A program made the translations under genes and the position numbers. The notes beneath the pieces were generated by a model. The model ran no database searches, was not told the origin of the DNA, and saw only the letters and a program-made list of their open reading frames with translations. A DNA stretch of 64,000 nt from Octopus vulgaris. Lineage: Eukaryota. Location: the NCBI GenBank assembly GCA_951406725.2, contig OX597826.1, forward strand, positions 27,218,001 through 27,282,000. Direction: 5' to 3'. How positions within the stretch are numbered: position 1 is the stretch's first letter; every line of letters begins with the position of its first letter. Shown here in pieces: positions 56,303 to 64,000 of this stretch.

Positions 56303-56665
56303 TCTCTGTTACTTGTTTCAGCCATTTAACTACGGCCATGCTGGAGCTCCACCTTTAGTCGAGCAAATCGACACCAGGATTTCGTCTTTGTAAGCCTAGT
56401 ACTTATTCTATCAGTCTCTTTTGCCGAACCGCTAAGTTACGGGGACGTAAACACACTAGCATCGGTTATCAAGCGATGTTGGGGGGACAAACACAGACAC
56501 ACAAACACACACACACACACACACATATATATATCCTCATACATATATGCCTCTTTCAGTTTCCGTCTACCAAATCCATTCACAAGGCTTTGGTCGGCCC
56601 GAGGCTATAGAAGACACTTACCCAAGGTGCCACGCAGTGGGACTGAACCCGGAACCATGTGGTTG
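56303..56665 (-). mobile_element. SINE family A, well-preserved copy
   Basis: Body 56303-56500, internal (CA)n(TA)n, head 56550-56665 (GTGCCACGCAGTGGGACTGAACCCGGAACCATGTGGTTGGT on + strand). Confidence 0.9.
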
Positions 56666-56703
56666 GTATATACATATACATATATATATATATATACATA
56701 TTT

Positions 56704-56792
<89 letters not shown>

Positions 56793-56851
56793 TATACATA
56801 TATATACATATAGATTGATAGATAGATAATACATAAATACATACATATAAA

Positions 56852-58091
56852 GAGGTGCATTCCGGATGTTTTGAGACTTTTTGGGAGAGGCAGTTATAAC
56901 TCTCCTATATAATGATTCCTTGTTATGCACACGATAAGCTGGTTTACCAATGTTTTTTATTCCAAATCCAAGGTGACGGCTGTAACAGCACTTTGAACAT
57001 ATCTTATTAAACCCTTCTTTTCACAACTGAACAGTTTGCAAAATGCAATGGGAACGTGAAGATTATCTGGAAGATCGCTATGCAATAAAGTCCTGTGTTA
57101 AACTGGACAAAAATGACCCACAGAAATATATGAAATGTTTCATTCGTGAGGTAGTCAAGAGTCATTGTGGAATCATTTGTATAAGCCGTGTGTATGTTTT
57201 TCGCTGGCACAAGAAGGTCAAACGCAGTGGAGAAGAAGAGGAGAGACGATGAGAAAAATGAGAGGGAGAGCGATGTCAGAACGTCATTGGCGGTTGAGAA
57301 AGTTCGCAATTTTCTCAATGAAGACAGTCTATTATTTATATAGACAACATGCGTTGTTTGGTGCATCAGTGTGGCAAATCTACATGCGCAAAATTTGTGT
57401 GAAGTTTGTTCACAGGGTGTTCAGAGACGAAGTGAAGGAAAGACGCCTTGGTAGTAGCAGAAAGATGATTGAGCTCATCACATCCAAGCCAAGGTTATTC
57501 GACTCTTTGGTGACATCGACGAAAGGTGGACTCCTTCTTTGATCAAGAGACAGTGTCCAATTAAAGCATCCTGGCTTCCCCCAGATCTCAGAAAACTCGG
57601 GAAGGCAATTCTACCAAGAAGCACCCCTTTCTCGACAGCTAGGGCGCCATTTATATTCGCTGGATTCCCTCGGCTAGACCGTCAAAAATGAGTACTTGGT
57701 GGAGATTTTGAAGAAGTTCTGTAAAGCATAACGCAAAATTTCCACTGCTATTCCACCTGCGTCGATGGCATCTGCACAAGGACAATGCGCCAGTTCACAA
57801 TTGCTTACTGGTAACAGATTACCCGACACAGATACGCATGAAATTGCCCCTTATTCTCCCTACGGTCCAAACATTATTCCCTTGTATAATCTTCAGGAGT
57901 AGTCATTTTGAAGAGGCTGAGAAGATGCAAGAGGCAGTGATAGGGACAGCTTCCCAATAGATGACCTCCATGTGAACTTCACGAAGTCATACAACAGGTT
58001 CAATGAAATGAGAGGATCCTACAACCAAGAAGGGCAGAGTTGTAAACGACTTTGAAATGAATAAATGTTTCTCCTGTCAGGAATGCACCTC
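56852..58091 (+). mobile_element. Mariner (Tc1/mariner) transposon with decayed transposase
   Basis: Inverted termini GAGGTGCATTCC (56852-56863) and GGAATGCACCTC (58080-58091), about 1.24 kb apart. Translations DRYAIKSCVKL, VFRWHK, MRKICVKFVHRV, LVTSTK, WHLHKDNAPVH, PYSPYGPNI (decayed HPPYSPDLAP). Many frameshifts. Confidence 0.88.
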
Positions 58092-58269
58092 CTGGAATGC
58101 GCCTGCTCTCTCTATGTCTCTCTCTCTCTCACTCTTTCTGTCTCTCACTCTCTCTGTCTCTTACTCTCTCTCTCCCTCTCTCTCTCTCTCTCCCTCTCTC
58201 TCTCTCCCTCTCTCTCTCTCTCTCCCTCTCTCTCTCTCTGGATTGCTTCAAAGCCTGGTGTTAATTTTA

Positions 58270-58600
58270 CACTGTTGGGTGAGGACCACCATGGTTTCAT
58301 TCTCTCCCGTTCTGAATGTTCTCAGGATCCATCCAGTCACTCATCTGCACTTTGTCGCCATTCTGGTAATGTGCACTTGGAAAGTGGTATCACCACTCAT
58401 GTCGATTTAGGCTCTGGGATTGTAATTCCCTGTCGACCAGTGTAGCCTATAAGTTTTATATTCAGTTTTGGACGGTGGTAGCGCAAGGCTTGGAATTTTT
58501 CAGTATTAGCAAGCATATTATTGTCCGCAGCCCATCTGTAAATTGAGTCCAACTCCTGCTGCAGGTGTGCAACATCGCTGGAGTTCTGTATTTTCTGCGT
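58270..58600 (-). mobile_element. CR1-clade LINE ORF2 fragment
   Basis: Minus strand QKIQNSSDVAHLQQELDSIYRWAADNNMLANTEKFQALRY...FQVHITRMATKCR*VTGW.LRTFRT, the post-RT region of CR1-like ORF2. Confidence 0.75.
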
Positions 58601-58639
58601 AGGCCATATCCCAGAGGGCCAATATGAAAAGCAGTTGTA

Positions 58640-58997
58640 CGACTACGCGGGTTCCAGTTGATTCAATCAATGGAACAGCTTGCTCGTGAAATTAACTTAC
58701 ATGTAGCTGAGCACTCGACAGACACGTGAATCCTTTATGTAGTTCACGGTGAGGTTCAGCATGGCACAGTGTGTGAGAAGGCTGACCCTTTGAAATACAG
58801 GTACAACAGAAACAGGAAGAAAGAGTGAGAGAAAGTTGTGGTAAAATAGTACAGCAGAGTTTGCCACCACCCCCTGCTGGAGCATCGTGAAGATTTTAGT
58901 GTTTTCGCTCAATAAACACTAACAATTCCCAGCCTGGGAATCGAAACCGCGATACTATGACCGCGAGTACGGTGCCCTAACAACTAGGCCATTGCGC
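58640..58997 (-). mobile_element. tRNA-derived SINE, family C, different tail
   Basis: Minus strand GCGCAATGGCCTAGTTGTTAGGGC..CTCGCGGTC..GGTTTCGATTCCC; shared CTGCTGTACT..CCACAACTTTCTCTCACTCTTT block; tail similar to about 33990-34100. Confidence 0.8.
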
Positions 58998-59130
58998 ATC
59001 ACACCCACCCACACACATATCTTTTATATATATTATATATATATATATATGTACGAATGTATGTATCTACATATATATATGTATATACATGTATATATAT
59101 GTATATATATATATGTATACATATATATAC

Positions 59131-59181
<51 letters not shown>

Positions 59182-59327
59182 TGTGTGTACATAGGCATCA
59201 CATTTTTACTTCTATATATGTTATATCTATATACACACATATATTATCTGTTTACCAATCTATCAATTTCTCTCCCTCTCCCTCTCTTCCTGTGTGTAAA
59301 TATATGTATGTTTATATTTGTTTTATG

Positions 59328-59381
<54 letters not shown>

Positions 59382-59635
59382 ACATATATATATAAGTATT
59401 CGTATGTGTTTATATATATATATGTATATATATATTTATACATCTATACAGTCTTACACACACACATATATATATGCACGTAAATATATATATATACACA
59501 TACATTTATGCATATCTGCGTGAATAAATTCCTCTTCGTATCAATCACGAACTACCTCTCTCAAGGTAATATATCTTTTATCGTTCGTATTCATTTTTCG
59601 ATTCTCTCATATTTTTCTTAAAACTTCTTCACACA

Positions 59636-59683
<48 letters not shown>

Positions 59684-60446
59684 CGCACACACACACACAC
59701 GCACATATATATATACATTCTCCTTGCTATATTTGATATCATTTTTAATCATTATTTATTTTTGAACTTTTTGACCGAATCTATCTTTGGAATCATAAAT
59801 TTAATAAAGTGTATATTGGAACAGCAAAACAAACATCTGTGCGATGAATTTTAAATAACGACACAATTTCAAAACGTTTTACATGCAACAACACTCATCA
59901 AAGACAAATAAGGCAAACTAAACGCAAATTCAATTCTCCATGAGAAACTACATTGAAAACACATACACACACGTGACCAGACGGAAGTATATCTTCTTGT
60001 ATATATAAACACGTGTATATATAGATATGTGTTTATATACGTGTGTGTGTATGCGTGTGTGTGTGTATGCGTGTGCGTGTGTGTGTGTGTGTATGTGTGT
60101 GTGTGTGTATTTGTGTCATTCGTTTTATTAATTCGAAAAGAACGCAAGTTATAATACAACCCAGTGGTTTATAATTGTGTTTTAACTTGTATTTTAAAAC
60201 TGAAGATCCTTTCCCGAAACGTACATTGTTTAGGCGTAAACAGATACACACACAAATACACACACACACACACACATATACCTAATTCCCCACACTGAAG
60301 ACGGATTTACACTGAAGAGGCTGGATTTACCTAATATTTTTATTCATCCACTTCTGGCTGCATTTCCTTGACTTTTGCATAAATCATGACGTTAAGTTCG
60401 AGCACACGCAAAGAGCTGTCGTACCTGTAAGACAACACTTTCATCC

Positions 60447-60573
60447 AGCTTGCTTACCAACTATATAGTTCCGAGTTCAGTCCCACTGCGTGGCACCTTG
60501 GGTAAGTATCGTCTACTGTAGCCTCGGGCATTGTGAGTGGATTTGGTAGACGGAAACTGAAAGAAGCCCGTCG
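60447..60573 (+). mobile_element. SINE family A, head portion
   Basis: AGCTTGCTTACCAAC..GAGTTCAGTCCCACTGCGTGGCACCTTGGG..GGATTTGGTAGACGGAAACTGAAAGAAGCCCGTCG, then (TA)n. Confidence 0.85.
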
Positions 60574-60684
60574 TATATATATATATATATATATATATAT
60601 GTAATAGAAGGGAATATAATTCAAAATTTACAGGGAAAAATTCAATTTAGCAATTCTAAATCAAATTTCACGATATATAATATA

Positions 60685-60830
60685 TGTATATAATTAAGAG
60701 AAATAATCTCTATTAGGCTATTCAGTAGTGAAAAACATTATATATATTATATTTAAATATTTTCTATATAATATAGATGTCTTTCACTATTGAATTGCTT
60801 AATACAGGTTATTTCTCTTAATTATATACA
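60685..60830. repeat. Imperfect ~60-bp inverted repeat
   Basis: TGTATATAATTAAGAGAAATAATCTCTATTAGGCTATTCAGTAGTGAAAAACAT versus the reverse complement of 60777-60830, TGTATATAATTAAGAGAAATAACCTGTATTAAGCAATTCAATAGTGAAAGACAT. Confidence 0.85.
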
Positions 60831-60854
60831 TACATACATACATATACATATATA

Positions 60855-61025
60855 TCAACGTGATCAACGTGGTCGCCCAGGCTATCAGATGTTGCAACAC
60901 ATCGCTGGTCACAATGCGCTTCGCATTGTTTTAGCCTTCAAATGACGCAACCCCGCTGGCTAAACGAGCAGGCCAACAGAAGAAAAAGTGAGAGAAAGTT
61001 GTGGCGAAAGAGTACAGCAGGGATT
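60855..61025 (-). mobile_element. SINE family C 3' half with a third tail type
   Basis: Minus strand CCTGCTGTACTCTTTCGCCACAACTTTCTCTCACTTTTT, then an unrelated tail ending ...CACGTTGATCACG. Confidence 0.7.
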
Positions 61026-61029
61026 GCTT

Positions 61030-61490
61030 GGTGTGGAGGGTGTTTATTGGACACCCAGCGGGATGAAAAACAAAACCCGTCAAAGGGCGGAGGAACTCCT
61101 GAGAGTCAACGGCTATGCAATAAATATCTTAAAGCTGTATCATAGAAATAACCGGACTGAATTCCCAACCGCGAGGTTAAACCATTGGGAGTGAAGGACC
61201 CCTAGCCTTTGTTAGGGCATCCTTCTAGGAGAAGGTAACTCAGGTAACTGGGATAACTCCAACATAAAAGCTGCGGCTCAGTGGTTACCGATGATGTTGA
61301 CTTGTTCTTCTTTTCGGATTATGGCTAATGTTGCTTAGTGAGTGGGATCGACTCAGTGCACAGCCTTTCCCCACTTAAAAAAAAAAAAACTTCTTGCACA
61401 GGCATTGCACGATAACAACATTGATTAAGCTTCGTGCAATGGCCATACTCGATAACGAGGGGGCAGCCACCTCGTATGTATGTATGTATT
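61030..61490 (+). mobile_element. Structured non-coding element resembling an RTE LINE 5' UTR derivative
   Basis: Motif GGGCATCCTTCTAGGAGAAGGTAACTC resembles RTE 5' UTRs as I recall them; several hairpins; (TATG)n tail. Confidence 0.45.
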
Positions 61491-61674
61491 AGGAATATGG
61501 CTAAAATTTTAAAGCAAGTCTTTTACATCCGGCTGGTTCTGTACATGGAGTAGAACGAAATAAATTGTGGAAACCAAGGCTTCACAGACTGAAGTAGCTG
61601 TTATTACTTGCTTTTGTTGTTGCCAAGCCCTACTCGAACCTTCATGTGAGTTATGATTGAAGATATATATTTTA

Positions 61675-61907
61675 GGGCGGCGAGCTGCTAGAAACGTTAG
61701 CACGCCGGGCGAAATGCGTAGCCGTATTTCGTCTGCCGTTACGTTCTGTATTCAAATTCCGCCGAAGTCGACTTAGCTTTTCATCCTTTCGGGGTCGATT
61801 AAATAAGTACCAGTTACGCACTAGGGTCGATGTAATCGACTTAATCTGTTTGTCTGTCCTTGTTTGTCCCCTCTATGTTTAGCCCCCTGTGGGCAATAAA
61901 GAAATAA
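61675..61907 (+). mobile_element. SINE family B, well-preserved full-length copy (possibly octopus OK-type)
   Basis: GGGCGGCGAGCTGCTAGAAACGTTAGCACGCCGGGCGAAATG..TTCAAATTCCGCCGAAGTCGAC..TCATCCTTTCGGGGTCGATTAAATAAGTACCAG..TTTAGCCCCCTGTGGGCAATAAAGAAATA. Confidence 0.9.
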
Positions 61908-62607
61908 ATACATATTTTGAGGCATTCCAGCTGATTTAGAAGGGTATCTAACTACCGTTTCTAACAAATGGGTGGAGGGATACCCGCCCTTTAATTTTTG
62001 ACATCAGGCTAAACGCTTCACATAGGATTTGGCTTGTTTTGTTGTTCTTGTTATTGTTGCCGTTGTTGTTGTTGTTGTTGTTGCTGCTGCTGCTGCTGCT
62101 GATGCTGCTGGCGTTGTTGGTGTGGCGTTTGCTGTTTGTGTGTTTGTTGTTGGGAAATCCTTAATATCCGTTTCCTGTTTTATCAGAGAAACGTACAAAA
62201 ATGTTGCAGATTAAAATTCCTCCTTCCTCCCTTTCACAATGAATAAACTTAATCTTTTCACACTGACACACAGAAACACCCGCACACACACACATACAAA
62301 CATACACACGTACTCACACAACATGTCGATCCATACATCCGTCCACCCGTACATACAGACATACGTATGTGTATATGAGTGTGTTAGTGTGTATATTCAT
62401 GTGTTTTTGTGTGTGTGTATGTAAGTGTTTGTGTGTGAGAGCGTTTGTGAACGTGTGTTTGTGTGAGTTTATACATAAATGTTTAAGTCCTTTGTCATTT
62501 TTTAAACGAAAAGAAGAAACCTGCATATATATATACAAACATATATACATACGTATACATACGTACGTGCACACACACACACACGAACACACACCCACAC
62601 ACACACA

Positions 62608-62692
<85 letters not shown>

Positions 62693-63004
62693 TTCGGTGC
62701 GTGTAGGTGACTTATAGTTCTCTTTTATCATTCATTGACACAAAGAAAAACAGAAAAAAAGAAAAAACGAACAACCGACTAAACAATACAAGTCAACATA
62801 TATAAAAATAAAAAAATACGTAATATCTCCAGTCACTATCCTCTGCATGAGTATTTAGGAATAAGAATCTCGAAGCACCACCCTCGACACCATCACTACC
62901 ACCACCGACAACAACAATAAACTTTCTGCTACCGCTGAAATATATATATACATATATACACGCACACACATACACACACATATATATATATTCATATACA
63001 CACA

Positions 63005-63234
<230 letters not shown>

Positions 63235-63276
63235 TATATATAATACATATATATATATATAAATATAAATATATAT

Positions 63277-63316
<40 letters not shown>

Positions 63317-63549
63317 ATATATATATATATATATATATATATTCACATGTACATACATACGTGTACATGCCTACATATATATGTATATATACATGAATAT
63401 ATGTGTACAGAACGTAAAAAAAAAACGTTAACATAATGAGAATCGCGAACATAAAAAACACAAACATGGAAAACGACCTTTTTTTCGAAGAACGGAAGAA
63501 AAAAATAGAGGAATAAGAGAGGCAACTTAAAGAGCAATCCCTTCATCAG

Positions 63550-63645
63550 GCTATAATAGAAGACACTTGCCCAAAGGGCCACGCAATGGGACTAAACTCG
63601 GAACCATGTGGTTGGAAAGCAAACTTCTTACCACACAGATACTCC
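63550..63645 (-). mobile_element. SINE family A head, truncated and fused to another module
   Basis: Minus strand CTGTGTGGTAAGAAGTTTGCTTTCCAACCACATGGTTCCGAGTTTAGTCCC...CTATTATAGCC, then TGATGAAGGG instead of the usual TCGGGC. Confidence 0.75.
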
Positions 63646-63925
63646 TATATATATCGAAAGAAAGACAGGCCTAGAGAATTCATGGCTAGACCTACAATTA
63701 CATGCATACATGTAATTATATGTATATACACACAGCCACTCATGCGCCTGCCACACAGTCACGTTTATATATTCGTTTTGCAAGATTCTTGAGGTGAATT
63801 CGTGTGTTGGAATAGATATTTTTGTATTTGGAGATGGTCATGTTGCCAGTTTAGCCAATGAAAACACACGCACTATATATTTGGTGTTCACTTGCTTCAG
63901 CTTTATTTCATGTTAATTGTATTTC

Positions 63926-63969
63926 GACCAGAGTACTTTCGTCACACTTCTGTGATCACATCAGTGGTC
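63926..63969 (-). ncRNA. Minimal type-I hammerhead motif with 2 substitutions
   Basis: Minus strand GACCA-CTGATGT-G-ATCAC-AGAAGT-GTGAC-GAAA-G-TA-CTC-TGGTC. Perfect stem I GACCA/TGGTC, palindrome AGTACT, CUC triplet; A9 to U and G10.1 to A. Confidence 0.7.
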
Positions 63970-64000
63970 CTTTGCTTTTCTGTTTCTTTTTTGTGTGTCT

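Noticed and set aside
60199-60228. Hammerhead-like CTGAAGA-TCCTTTCCC-GAAAC-GTA
   Set aside because: Core words are present but stem II cannot pair; not counted.

Overview
Eukaryotic, AT-rich, microsatellite-saturated intronic or intergenic DNA. The SINE and LINE repertoire resembles what I recall of Octopus (coleoid cephalopod) genomes; this is inference, not a database result. I find no intact protein-coding gene, and most ORFs in the track are translations of (TA)n, (CA)n, (AAT)n or (CTA)n repeats. The window is a mosaic of three main tRNA-derived SINE families, decayed LINE fragments (R4/Dong-like with restriction-like endonuclease, CR1-like, RTE-like), a decayed mariner, non-autonomous Helitron and Helentron-like elements, and MITEs. 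The standout signal is nine minimal type-I hammerhead-ribozyme-like motifs in 64 kb, on short non-coding modules with Penelope-like hallmarks (palindromic stem III, inverted copies, AT-rich or (TA)n targets). The best case is a 303-bp element at 11014-11316 bounded by a perfect 10-bp target-site duplication: it joins a tRNA-type Pol III head, a microsatellite linker and an intact hammerhead, i.e. a candidate self-cleaving SINE. A second module (14303-14598) carries head-to-head hammerheads with a compensatory G3-C8 core swap.
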